A stretch of 64,000 nucleotides of DNA from Thermoplasmatota archaeon. GTDB taxonomy: Archaea > Thermoplasmatota > E2 > DHVEG-1. The DNA lies in the NCBI GenBank assembly GCA_029939595.1, contig JAOZSQ010000004.1, positions 1,872 to 65,871 of the forward strand, read 5' to 3'. The position numbers were made by a program, and so were the translations under genes. The notes beneath the pieces were generated by a model, which was given only the letters and a program-made list of their open reading frames with translations, was not told where the DNA came from and ran no database searches. Of this stretch, positions 40,804 to 50,106 are shown piece after piece (the stretch's first letter is position 1; the number at the start of each line of letters is the position of its first letter).

Positions 40804-41778
40804 ATGACCGACGATTCACTGATGACATTAGAGCGTTTTTTTCAAGTAACAAAAGAAGATGTTGAAAAGAAAATAATTTCAAAGGTGAAAGATCAACAGA
40901 TCGTTAAAATTTTACAGGCCGGAAAACGACTTCGTCCCCTTATTGCTCAGTTAAGTTTTAAAGTTTGTACGGGTGGAAAAGAGACACCCTATCAATATCA
41001 ACAATCCATTGAAGGATCCGTTGCCATTGAGCTTGCGCATACTGCATCTTTGGTTCATGATGATATAATTGATAAAGATACTATGAGGCGAGGGAATGTA
41101 GCATTTCATATAGATGCAGGAATACCACGTGCATTACTCATAGGTCATCGTATGTTATCTATTGGATTTAATATTGCACTAAGTCATGGGCCAATTATTG
41201 CAAAATTATATGTTGACACATGGGATGAAGTTCTTAATGGTGAGCTTGAAGAAGTAGATTATAATCAGACGGAACCAGCACCAGAAAACGGATTTGGCAT
41301 ATCATCAAAATCATCAATTTTTAAGGAATATTTCAAAATCATTAACATGAAAACAGCATCTCTTTACGCTACTGCATGTAAAGCCGGAGCAGTTGAAGCA
41401 GAAGCAAAAGGAGAAATTCTTGAAATTCTTTCGGCATATGGCCGGGAAATCGGACTTGCATATCAACTTGCAGATGATCTGGTGGATCTTGAAAATGGTG
41501 AAATGATAGATAGTGTTATCATACCTCTATTGACAAGACTTGAAAATAAAAAACTAGATTCAAATTCATTGAAGGCAAAAGCCATCCAAAGAAAACTAAC
41601 AAAAAATTCAGATAAAATAAAGGAACTATATATTGAGGAAATTAACAGACATATCAAAAGAGCTGAACAACTCAGTAGATCTGATCTTATCCCGCCATCT
41701 CACTATGCTGTACTTTTACAAAATGCTCCTTCATTCATAATTAATAGGATGTTAAAAGAAATCAATGTCACTGTATAA
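40804..41778 (+). CDS. trans-Polyprenyl diphosphate synthase
   Basis: GKRLRP, HTASLVHDDIID...RRG, KTA, YQLADDLVD. Confidence 0.88.
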   Translation: MTDDSLMTLERFFQVTKEDVEKKIISKVKDQQIVKILQAGKRLRPLIAQLSFKVCTGGKETPYQYQQSIEGSVAIELAHTASLVHDDIIDKDTMRRGNVAFHIDAGIPRALLIGHRMLSIGFNIALSHGPIIAKLYVDTWDEVLNGELEEVDYNQTEPAPENGFGISSKSSIFKEYFKIINMKTASLYATACKAGAVEAEAKGEILEILSAYGREIGLAYQLADDLVDLENGEMIDSVIIPLLTRLENKKLDSNSLKAKAIQRKLTKNSDKIKELYIEEINRHIKRAEQLSRSDLIPPSHYAVLLQNAPSFIINRMLKEINVTV

Positions 41779-42436
41779 ATTCTTGTTTTTTCTTTTTATT
41801 GTTTCTTCTATACAAGTATATAATTATACCAATGATAAATATTGATGCAATGATTATTAACCCTGCATTTAAATTTTGTAATAAAATTGTTTTTAACGAT
41901 TCAGCAAAATAAGCAACCAGTGTACAACCAATAACTGCCCCTAATGTAATTGATATTAACGTAGTCCAGGGTTTCATTCCAATTAAACGACCGACAATAG
42001 AGCCTACCATGCCCCCAGATCCTTGAAACGGTATCATAACAAATAGCATGATACCAATAAAGCGGAGTGGTTTAATCCAACTATACTTATTAGACGATGT
42101 TTTCCCAATACTTTCAACTTTTTTCATAAATGTTCCAATCAAGGGAATATTTTTTGCAAGGTCATAATTCCAGATTAAAAATAGGGCGACAATAAAATCA
42201 ACAAAAGCAATAGATAATGCCATTACCAATGGATGAATTCCAACTAAAATTCCTGCTGGAATAATAGTTTCTTTACCTAAGGGTGGGAAAAAATATGCAG
42301 AAACAAATGACCAATATTTACCTTGCATATCATTAACAAATACATAACCAACAAAAGATACAACTCCAATCCCTAAGACAACTGGAAATGTAAGGTGAAA
42401 TGTTTCAATAACCCATTTTTTTCTCTCATCATTCAT
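41768..42436 (-). CDS. Small multidrug export-like membrane protein (COG2426-like)
   Basis: FVMIPFQGSGGMVGS motif, multi-TM. Confidence 0.7.
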   Translation of the reverse strand: MNDERKKWVIETFHLTFPVVLGIGVVSFVGYVFVNDMQGKYWSFVSAYFFPPLGKETIIPAGILVGIHPLVMALSIAFVDFIVALFLIWNYDLAKNIPLIGTFMKKVESIGKTSSNKYSWIKPLRFIGIMLFVMIPFQGSGGMVGSIVGRLIGMKPWTTLISITLGAVIGCTLVAYFAESLKTILLQNLNAGLIIIASIFIIGIIIYLYRRNNKKKKQEFIQ

Positions 42437-42446
42437 CTAGATTTCC

Positions 42447-43115
42447 TCATTTATTTGATGAAATAAAAATAGCTGCATGATCCTTTTCAAAAGGAGATAA
42501 TTCAATTAGTTCGTTAATGTGCATTCCTTCTTCTTTCAGTTGATTTTCAACCATTAAAAAAGCATTTGAAGGTTTCATTGCAACATCAATACTTCTGGCC
42601 TTTACCATGATAACTCCTTCACTGTTTTCTTTTAAGAATAATTTTGAGTTTTTTGCAAAGATTTCTGCTTGATTCCTCTGAGAAATATCTTGGTAAATAA
42701 AATCAACTTCTGAGACCATATGAGTATATCTATCTGGATGATTCGCATCTTCAATAATAGGTATAATATTATTTCTTTGTTTTACAAGTTTTAAAAGAGT
42801 TTTTGCAACCACTGGCGATGGTTCCACAGCATAGATGTAGCCTTCTGAACAAATATCTGATAAATGACTTACGGTTGTTCCTGATGCTGCCCCCAAATAT
42901 AAAACTGATGTTGATGATTCAAAGGGTAAAGAAATATCTTTTTTTGTTAAAGCAGAAGCAAGTTTACTTCGATATGGATTCCATGAACGATATTGCATTC
43001 CCTTGAATGTTCGAAGAGCCTCACCATATACCTTAATATTCTTGCAGTTCGGTGGATTTATCGTAAAGAGTTTATTTCCCTTTTGAAAGACTCCATTAAT
43101 TTTAGATGGTTTCAT
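42447..43115 (-). CDS. flpA: Fibrillarin-like rRNA/tRNA 2'-O-methyltransferase
   Basis: YRSWNPYRSKLA, LYLGAASGTTVSH, QDISQRNQ, KARSID, PFEKDH. Confidence 0.95.
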   Translation of the reverse strand: MKPSKINGVFQKGNKLFTINPPNCKNIKVYGEALRTFKGMQYRSWNPYRSKLASALTKKDISLPFESSTSVLYLGAASGTTVSHLSDICSEGYIYAVEPSPVVAKTLLKLVKQRNNIIPIIEDANHPDRYTHMVSEVDFIYQDISQRNQAEIFAKNSKLFLKENSEGVIMVKARSIDVAMKPSNAFLMVENQLKEEGMHINELIELSPFEKDHAAIFISSNK

Positions 43116-43204
43116 TTCAAGATAAGGTAAACACTACAGTTGTTTAAGGTTTTGTCGAAATGTTAAATTACCCCTTCTTAATATCCCATGACGGGGAAAT
43201 TCAT

Positions 43205-44311
43205 ATGTCAACACAATCACCATTACATAAGAACCATGCAGAATTAAAAGCCAAGTTTACAGAATTTGCTGGATTTAATATGCCATTGCAATTCTCATCA
43301 ATAAAGGATGAACATTTACAAGTGAGAAAATCAGTTGGTTTATTTGATGTTTCTCATATGAGTAATGTATGGATTACAGGTAAAGATGCTGAAAAATTAC
43401 TTACATTAACAACAATTGAAGATGCATCAAAAATAGTGAAAAACAAAAGTCAATATACAGCAATACTCAGGGACGATGGAACGATTATTGATGATACGAT
43501 TTTTATGCATCTTGATGATCGATTCATGATTATTCCAAATGCTGGAATGGATGAGATTGTTACAGATTGGTTAAATAAAAAGGCAAAAGAACATAATTTA
43601 TCTGTAAAAGTAGAAAATGTTTCAAAAGACTATGTCATTCTTGCAGTTCAGGGCCCTAAATCAAAAGAACTTTTACAGAAAATGACTGATGTTGACCTAA
43701 GTACAATTGGTTTTTTTGGATGTAAAGAAATTGTTCTAGCAGATCAAAAATGTATCATTTCTTACACAGGTTATACTGGTGAGCTTGGTTTTGAATTACA
43801 GATTACACCTGTTGAAAAAGCAGTACCTCTTTTTAATAAAATTCTTGGAATTGGAAAAGAATTTAAGATAAAACCAATTGGTCTAGGAGCACGAGATACA
43901 TTACGTTTAGAAAAATGTTTTTTACTGGCAGGAAATGAGTTTGAAGGTGGACGTACACCATTAGAAGCTGTGATGTCATGGGCGATAAATTGGGATCATG
44001 AGTTTATTGGAAAAGAATCATTGCTAAAACAAAAAGAGGAAGGATCATATCAACGTTTGACCTGTCTAGAATGTAATGAAAAAGGAATACCTCGACATGG
44101 AAATGAGGTGAAAAAGGATGGAAAAATTGTTGGAATGATTTCAAGTGGAACTATTTCACCTTGTTTAAACAAAGGAATTGCTTTGGCTTATGTGGATCCG
44201 GATGAAAGAAAGATCGGATCAGAGTTAGATATTGTTATTCGTGGTAAGAATATCAAGTCAACAATTGTGAAATCACCATTTGTAAAAAAAGATTGGATTT
44301 CAACTCAATAA
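43205..44311 (+). CDS. gcvT: Glycine cleavage system T protein (aminomethyltransferase)
   Basis: FAGFNMP, GLFDVSHM, GYTGELGFE, GLGARDTLRLE; start moved to ATG 43205. Confidence 0.95.
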   Translation: MSTQSPLHKNHAELKAKFTEFAGFNMPLQFSSIKDEHLQVRKSVGLFDVSHMSNVWITGKDAEKLLTLTTIEDASKIVKNKSQYTAILRDDGTIIDDTIFMHLDDRFMIIPNAGMDEIVTDWLNKKAKEHNLSVKVENVSKDYVILAVQGPKSKELLQKMTDVDLSTIGFFGCKEIVLADQKCIISYTGYTGELGFELQITPVEKAVPLFNKILGIGKEFKIKPIGLGARDTLRLEKCFLLAGNEFEGGRTPLEAVMSWAINWDHEFIGKESLLKQKEEGSYQRLTCLECNEKGIPRHGNEVKKDGKIVGMISSGTISPCLNKGIALAYVDPDERKIGSELDIVIRGKNIKSTIVKSPFVKKDWISTQ

Positions 44312-44353
44312 TAACATTAAAAAATAATGGAATGATATGGGGAATTGATAGTT

Positions 44354-44734
44354 ATGTCAAATGAAATACGTGATGATTTAAAATATACTGATTCTCATGA
44401 ATGGATAAAGATAAATGATTCAATAGCAACAATAGGCATTACGGATCATGCACAATCGGAATTAACTGATATTGTGTTTGCAGAACTCCCTGAAATTGGT
44501 AAACTGGTTAAAAAAGGAGATGAATTGTGTGTTGTGGAATCGGTAAAATCTGTTTCTGAGATCTATTCACCTCTTAGTGGAAAAATTGTAAAAATAAATG
44601 AAAAACTAGAAGATGCACCTGAAATCATAAATGGACAACCATATGATGATGGATGGCTTGTTGAAATTGAAATTGAAAAGAAAGATGAAATTGATGCTTT
44701 AATTTCAGGGTCTGAATATCAAAAACTGATTTAG
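44354..44734 (+). CDS. gcvH: Glycine cleavage system H protein
   Basis: HEW, GITDHAQ..L.DIVF, lipoyl site VESVKSVSEIY, PYDDGW; start ATG 44354. Confidence 0.95.
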   Translation: MSNEIRDDLKYTDSHEWIKINDSIATIGITDHAQSELTDIVFAELPEIGKLVKKGDELCVVESVKSVSEIYSPLSGKIVKINEKLEDAPEIINGQPYDDGWLVEIEIEKKDEIDALISGSEYQKLI

Positions 44735-44934
44735 GACTTTATAAATATTATCTCGGATATGGGGATTATATATCACTTTTTGATAACTTTCAATCAGAGT
44801 TTCCAGGTGAACATGGAGCTGGATTTAAACATATTCATGATGCTTTTGAAGATGAAAAATCTGCATATTGGAAAAATGAAATATTAACACCCACTGAAAA
44901 AAGAAATGAGAGATTTTATAGAGGAATATTGTAG
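44731..44934 (+). pseudogene. Start-less open-frame fragment of unknown origin
   Basis: 67 stop-free codons with protein-like composition (LGLYKYYLGYGDYISLFDNFQSEFPGEHGAGFKHIHDAFEDEKSAYWKNEILTPTEKRNERFYRGIL*); no in-frame ATG. Confidence 0.4.
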
Positions 44935-45106
44935 AGCTTGGACTGTTACTGTTTGGGCAGTATCATAAAAAAATTGAATCTAATAAAATGTGTTTCTTTC
45001 TGTAAATCTCCAAATTTTCCTATATAAAAAAACCTTCATTTTAAAATTTAGATAATATTTAACTTTTTTCGAAACATACTTATATTGCATTATATATCTC
45101 AGAATC

Positions 45107-45181
45107 AGGCGGAGAGATGGGATTGCAAGTAATTACAATTTTTTTTTTGGAACGGTGTTTAACACCTCCGCCGCCTCCCCC
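45107..45181. ncRNA. Candidate structured RNA/leader upstream of thrS
   Basis: GC-rich ends; GGCGGAG pairs with CTCCGCC; ATTGCAA-GTAA-TTACAAT hairpin followed by T10; GGTGT-TTA-ACACC hairpin. Confidence 0.4.
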
Positions 45182-45251
45182 AAAAATATGTTATAAGCAG
45201 CATATTTAAAAACCGGAAATTGTTTATCGGGTTCAAGTAGGATTTGATGCA

Positions 45252-47123
45252 ATGAAACTTTTACTTATTCACAGTGATTATATTGAATATGAGGTACGAG
45301 AAAAGGCGATTAAACAACCCGAAGAGATATCAATCCAAAAAGATAGATTTGACGAGGCTCTTACGGTTTTTACTGCTGTTGAAAAGATCGATGAGAAAAA
45401 ACCGAAATCGTCTGTAAAACAAGCAATTAATGAAATTCTAAAGGTTGCTGAGCAATTAAAAGTCAATAACATCATGCTTTATCCATATGCCCATCTTTCA
45501 TCATCTCTTGCTTCCCCTAAAAAAGCAAAAGAAATCATTATTGAAATTGAATATGAATTAAAACAGCATGATTATAATGTAAAAAGATCTCCTTTTGGAT
45601 GGTATAAAGCATTTAAAATTTCATGTAAGGGTCATCCCTTATCAGAACTTTCCAGAGAAATAATCCCTGTTGACGATGAATCAGATTCATTGAAAAAAGA
45701 AAGAAAACTTAGTTCAGAGTGGCATATATTAACAGAGGATGGAACTTTACATGATGTTGGATCATTCCAGTTCAATAAACATGATAACTTAAAGAAATTT
45801 ACATGGTATGAAAAAGAAAAAGCTCGAGCAGTAACACAGGAACCAGCACATGTTAAACTAATGCAAAAACTGGAGATAGCAGATTATGAGCCAGCATCTG
45901 ATGGCGGAAACATGCGTTATTATCCAAAGGGAAGATTTATAAAAAAATTAATTGAACAATATGTGAATAAACGTGTTGCAGAATACGGCGGTTTAGAAGT
46001 AGAAACACCAATCATGTATGATATAGACCATCCGACTCTTTCAAAATATCTAAAACGATTCCCTGCTCGACAATATCAAATTGAAAGTGATAAACGAACG
46101 TTTTTTTTACGTTTTGCAGCATGTTTCGGTCAATTCCTTATGGCACATGATTCAACAATTAGCTACAAGAACCTTCCATTAAAACTATATGAACTAACTA
46201 GGTATTCTTTCAGAAGAGAGCAATCTGGAGAGATTGCGGGTTTGAGACGACTGAGAGCTTTCACAATGCCAGATGTTCATTCATTAGTTTCAGATATGGA
46301 TATGGCAATGGATGAATTTAAAATTCGGTTTGATCTTAGTCTCAGTGTTTTAAATCAGATTGGTATTGAAACCTCTGATGTGGAGATGGCTTTAAGGACA
46401 ACAAAAACGTTTTATAATGAAAACAATGAGTTCATTGTTGATCTTTGTAAAAAAATTGGAAAACCAATTTTAATAGAACTATGGGATGAACGTATTTTTT
46501 ATTTTGTTTTAAAGTTTGAGTTTAACTTTGTCGACATGTCCAATAAAGCATCTGCGCTATCAACAGACCAGATAGATATTGAAAACGGGGAACGTTATGG
46601 AATAACATTTACTGATACATATGGTAAACAGAAACATCCATTAATTCTTCATTGCAGCCCATCAGGTGCTATTGAGCGTGTGATGTATGCACTACTTGAA
46701 AAAGAAGCAATAAAAATGAGCAAGGGTGAAAAACCAATGCTTCCAATATGGCTTTCACCAACACATATCCGTTTAATTCCGGTGGGTGAAGAATTTAAAG
46801 AAGATTGCCAAACACTTGTTAAACAACTTCAAGATGGTTGTTATCATTCAATTCGAGTTGATATTGATGATCGTGAGCAAAGTGTTGGTCGTAAGATCCG
46901 AGATGCAGAAAAAGAATGGATCCCTATAATCATTGTCTATGGAGAAAAAGAACAAAAAGAACATCTTTTCAAACCTAGATTTAGATTAAAGGAACTCTCC
47001 GAAAAAGAAACATATAGTTTAGATGAAATAAGGCAATTAATTGTTGACAATACAAAAGAATTTCCTCAGCATCCTCTGCCGTTACCATTACTTCTTTCAA
47101 TGAGGCCAAAGTTTAAAGGATAA
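45252..47123 (+). CDS. thrS: Threonyl-tRNA synthetase, archaeal type with N-terminal editing domain
   Basis: MKLLLIHSD, YPYAHLSS.L, PFGWYKAF.ISCKGHPLSELSR, RFAACFGQF, FTMPDVH, HCSPSGAIER. Confidence 0.96.
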   Translation: MKLLLIHSDYIEYEVREKAIKQPEEISIQKDRFDEALTVFTAVEKIDEKKPKSSVKQAINEILKVAEQLKVNNIMLYPYAHLSSSLASPKKAKEIIIEIEYELKQHDYNVKRSPFGWYKAFKISCKGHPLSELSREIIPVDDESDSLKKERKLSSEWHILTEDGTLHDVGSFQFNKHDNLKKFTWYEKEKARAVTQEPAHVKLMQKLEIADYEPASDGGNMRYYPKGRFIKKLIEQYVNKRVAEYGGLEVETPIMYDIDHPTLSKYLKRFPARQYQIESDKRTFFLRFAACFGQFLMAHDSTISYKNLPLKLYELTRYSFRREQSGEIAGLRRLRAFTMPDVHSLVSDMDMAMDEFKIRFDLSLSVLNQIGIETSDVEMALRTTKTFYNENNEFIVDLCKKIGKPILIELWDERIFYFVLKFEFNFVDMSNKASALSTDQIDIENGERYGITFTDTYGKQKHPLILHCSPSGAIERVMYALLEKEAIKMSKGEKPMLPIWLSPTHIRLIPVGEEFKEDCQTLVKQLQDGCYHSIRVDIDDREQSVGRKIRDAEKEWIPIIIVYGEKEQKEHLFKPRFRLKELSEKETYSLDEIRQLIVDNTKEFPQHPLPLPLLLSMRPKFKG

Positions 47124-47195
47124 ATATAGTTTTCAGAAAATAGGTCAATTAAGAGAAAATAATATTTCAAATAAAATGGGGAAGGATAGAATAAT

Positions 47196-48326
47196 ATGAT
47201 AAAAAGAGAAGAAATTCAAAACATTGTTGATTCATATGATCATGATGAAATAACGATTGGTGTTCTAGGTGGACATTCTGGTCTTGATGTGTGCAGAGGC
47301 GCTAAAAAACATGGATTTAAAACATTAGCTGTTTGTCAAAAGGGACGAGAGAAAACATATGCAAAATATTACAAAACCCGTTCAGACAAGCGAGGTTGTG
47401 TTGATGAAGCTATTGTGCTGGATAAATTCTCTGATATTGTAAAACCTGAGATTCAAAAAACACTTCGCGATAAAAACACAATTTTTATCCATAACAGATA
47501 TTTTTGGGTATATTTTGATTTCAAGGATATTGAAAACAATTTTAAGGTACCTATTTATGGAACCCGCGGGATGGTAAAACTTGAAGAGCGAGATGTCCCA
47601 AAAAATCAATATTATATTCTTAAAAAAGCTGGTATACGCTACCCTAAAATCATTAAAAAACCTCAAGATATTGATCGTCTCGTTATAGTAAAGGTAAATG
47701 AAGCAATTCGCGGGTATGAACGAGCTTTTTTTTATGCAAGTAGCTATAAGGATTATTTAGAGAAATCAGAAGATCTTCTTAATAAAAAATTAATAACAAA
47801 AGAATCATTGGACGTAGCAGTAATTGAGGAATATATAGTTGGAGCGCAAATTAATTTTAATTATTTTTATAGTGCAATTGATGATGAATTAGAGATTATG
47901 GGGACAGATACAAGAAGACAGACTAACCTGGATGGCCTTCTGAGGCTTCCGGCTAATGAACAAATTGAAGTCATGAAATATATGAAACCAAAAATAATTG
48001 AAACCGGTCATATCGCATCAACTACAAAAGAATCAATTATTGAAAAGATCTTCATGCTTGGGGAAAGTTTTGTATCGACTACAAAAAAAGAATATCCGCC
48101 AGGTATCATAGGTCCATTTGCATTACAAGGAGCGATTGCTGCGGATAAAGGAAAGGAAGAGATGGTTGTTTTTGATGTCTCAATGCGAATTCCCGGTAGC
48201 CCTCTTACAAGGTTCACTCCTCATTCCGGATATTTATATGGCGATTCTATAAGTTATGGTGAACGTGTTGCAATGGAAATTAAAAAAGCATGTAATCTAA
48301 AACGTCTTAAGGATATTGTTACATAG
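47196..48326 (+). CDS. purP: PurP-like ATP-grasp FAICAR synthetase
   Basis: LGGHSGLDV..GAK, IETGH, GIIGPFALQ, FDVSMRIPGSP. Confidence 0.85.
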   Translation: MIKREEIQNIVDSYDHDEITIGVLGGHSGLDVCRGAKKHGFKTLAVCQKGREKTYAKYYKTRSDKRGCVDEAIVLDKFSDIVKPEIQKTLRDKNTIFIHNRYFWVYFDFKDIENNFKVPIYGTRGMVKLEERDVPKNQYYILKKAGIRYPKIIKKPQDIDRLVIVKVNEAIRGYERAFFYASSYKDYLEKSEDLLNKKLITKESLDVAVIEEYIVGAQINFNYFYSAIDDELEIMGTDTRRQTNLDGLLRLPANEQIEVMKYMKPKIIETGHIASTTKESIIEKIFMLGESFVSTTKKEYPPGIIGPFALQGAIAADKGKEEMVVFDVSMRIPGSPLTRFTPHSGYLYGDSISYGERVAMEIKKACNLKRLKDIVT

Positions 48327-48333
48327 AATAGAA

Positions 48334-48897
48334 TTATTTGCAAATAATTGTTTGTTTTTCAGAAATAATTATATCTACTGGTTTATCATGAAGGCCAGTT
48401 GGGATAGAGTTAACGATTTGAAAGTCATATGCCAATGCAATTAATGCAGCTTTTGGGTTTTTTTCTATCAATCTATCATAGTATCCTTTTCCATGACCCA
48501 GACGATTTCCTTGTATATCAAAGCCAATTCCGGGGATAATTATCAAATCAATATTGTGGTAAATATGATTGTTTTCTTTTGTTGGTTCAAGAATTCCATA
48601 AGCACCATTCACTAGATCCGTCCAGTTATTGACCATAATAGGATCAATCATGAAAGTTTTCGTATTTGAACGTGAAACAAGAACGTTTTTCTTTGTTTGA
48701 AGAGATTTTTTTATGAGATCATGGGTGAAAACCTCATGACCATATGAAACATAAAAAAGAACGTTACCTGATTTTTGAAACAATGGGCATTCTTCTAATT
48801 TTTTTTGAATAATTTTACTTTTATTATTAACCTCATCAATAGACAGCGATTTTCGTTCAACCAATAATCGAGATCTCAAATATTCTTTATCGCTCAT
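48334..48897 (-). CDS. 5-formyltetrahydrofolate cyclo-ligase
   Basis: EV.T, GILEP, PGIGFD..GNRLGHGKGYYDR, HDKPVD; start moved to ATG 48897. Confidence 0.92.
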   Translation of the reverse strand: MSDKEYLRSRLLVERKSLSIDEVNNKSKIIQKKLEECPLFQKSGNVLFYVSYGHEVFTHDLIKKSLQTKKNVLVSRSNTKTFMIDPIMVNNWTDLVNGAYGILEPTKENNHIYHNIDLIIIPGIGFDIQGNRLGHGKGYYDRLIEKNPKAALIALAYDFQIVNSIPTGLHDKPVDIIISEKQTIICK

Positions 48898-49018
48898 ACA
48901 AGTACATGAAATAATGACATGTTTTATAAAAAAATTGGGAAAAAATGCAAGATACAAACAATCCAGACTACAAATCTATTTAAGAAATAAATTCATCTAA
49001 CAGAATTGGACTTTATTA

Positions 49019-49999
49019 ATGAATAACAAATTCTTTAAAAAGGCAAAAAAATTCCTACCATTTATCGGCATCATTATTTTTATCTATACAATTTATGCAT
49101 TAGATATCTCAGACATTATCGATGCAGTTTTATCAATAAATCCTCTTTTTTTATTACTAGCAATCCCTCTAACTATTCCAAGAGTATTAATTCGAAATTA
49201 TGCATGGAAACTGATAATGGATGAACAGAACATTCAAATTTCATATTGGAATCTATTATCAATTTTTTTAATGGGCTATTTTTATGGAACAATCACACCA
49301 GGATATCTAGGACAATTAATGCGAATCCCCTATCTTAAAGAAAAAACAAATGAGCCATATGGAAAACTTTTTTTCAATTCATCTATTGAAACTATTGTTC
49401 ATACGACTACACTATACCTGATGATGTTTATTGGTGCACTTATAGTACTTGGTTCTTTTCCTCAGTTGCTTACAATTACAGTGAGTTGGGTGATTATCCT
49501 AAGTGTTGTTTTACTAATATTTATAAGAAAAAATCGTGGCGAAATCATTTTTAAAAAACTCATACACATTTTCATACCTAAATCATTAAAAATATATTTT
49601 CAAGATTTTGCAAAATCATTTTATACTGATTTCCCACGTATAAAAAAACTTCTTTTACCAGCATTTCTGGGATTATTCACATGGATTATTATCTACTCAC
49701 AATATTATTTAATCATAATGGCTCTCAATCTACCAATTCCTTATCTTTATTTTCTACTTTTATTTCCAGTAGCAAATCTGGCAGCATTAATCCCTATATC
49801 TTTTGCAGGACTTGGAACCCGTGAGTTAATTGCAGTAATCTTATTTACAACACTATTCTCTGTTCCCGATGAGAAGATATTTGTAGTTTCCCTATTGGGT
49901 TTTATTATCACAGATATAGTAACTGGTTTAATTGGATTAGTTCTTGCATTTAAAGAAAGTGGAAAAGATATGTTCAATAAAAACTTCATTTCTTCTTGA
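49019..49999 (+). CDS. Lysylphosphatidylglycerol synthase TM / UPF0104 flippase-like protein
   Basis: GTITPG.LG, PISFAGLGTRE, multi-TM. Confidence 0.8.
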   Translation: MNNKFFKKAKKFLPFIGIIIFIYTIYALDISDIIDAVLSINPLFLLLAIPLTIPRVLIRNYAWKLIMDEQNIQISYWNLLSIFLMGYFYGTITPGYLGQLMRIPYLKEKTNEPYGKLFFNSSIETIVHTTTLYLMMFIGALIVLGSFPQLLTITVSWVIILSVVLLIFIRKNRGEIIFKKLIHIFIPKSLKIYFQDFAKSFYTDFPRIKKLLLPAFLGLFTWIIIYSQYYLIIMALNLPIPYLYFLLLFPVANLAALIPISFAGLGTRELIAVILFTTLFSVPDEKIFVVSLLGFIITDIVTGLIGLVLAFKESGKDMFNKNFISS

Positions 50000-50106
50000 T
50001 AGTCTCCTGGTAGATGGTAAAAAAGATATTTATACTAAGGATGTATTTACTCACCCAAATCAAATATGATCAAAGAACTATTTTACAGAAAGATTTTGTG
50101 GTGCCT

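Noticed and set aside
45108-45127. tRNA 3'-end fragment (att site) resembling tRNA-Cys GGCGGAGA..GGGATT
   Set aside because: The match is short and gapped, the T-loop is absent and there is no integrase, so it is kept only as part of the thrS-leader observation.
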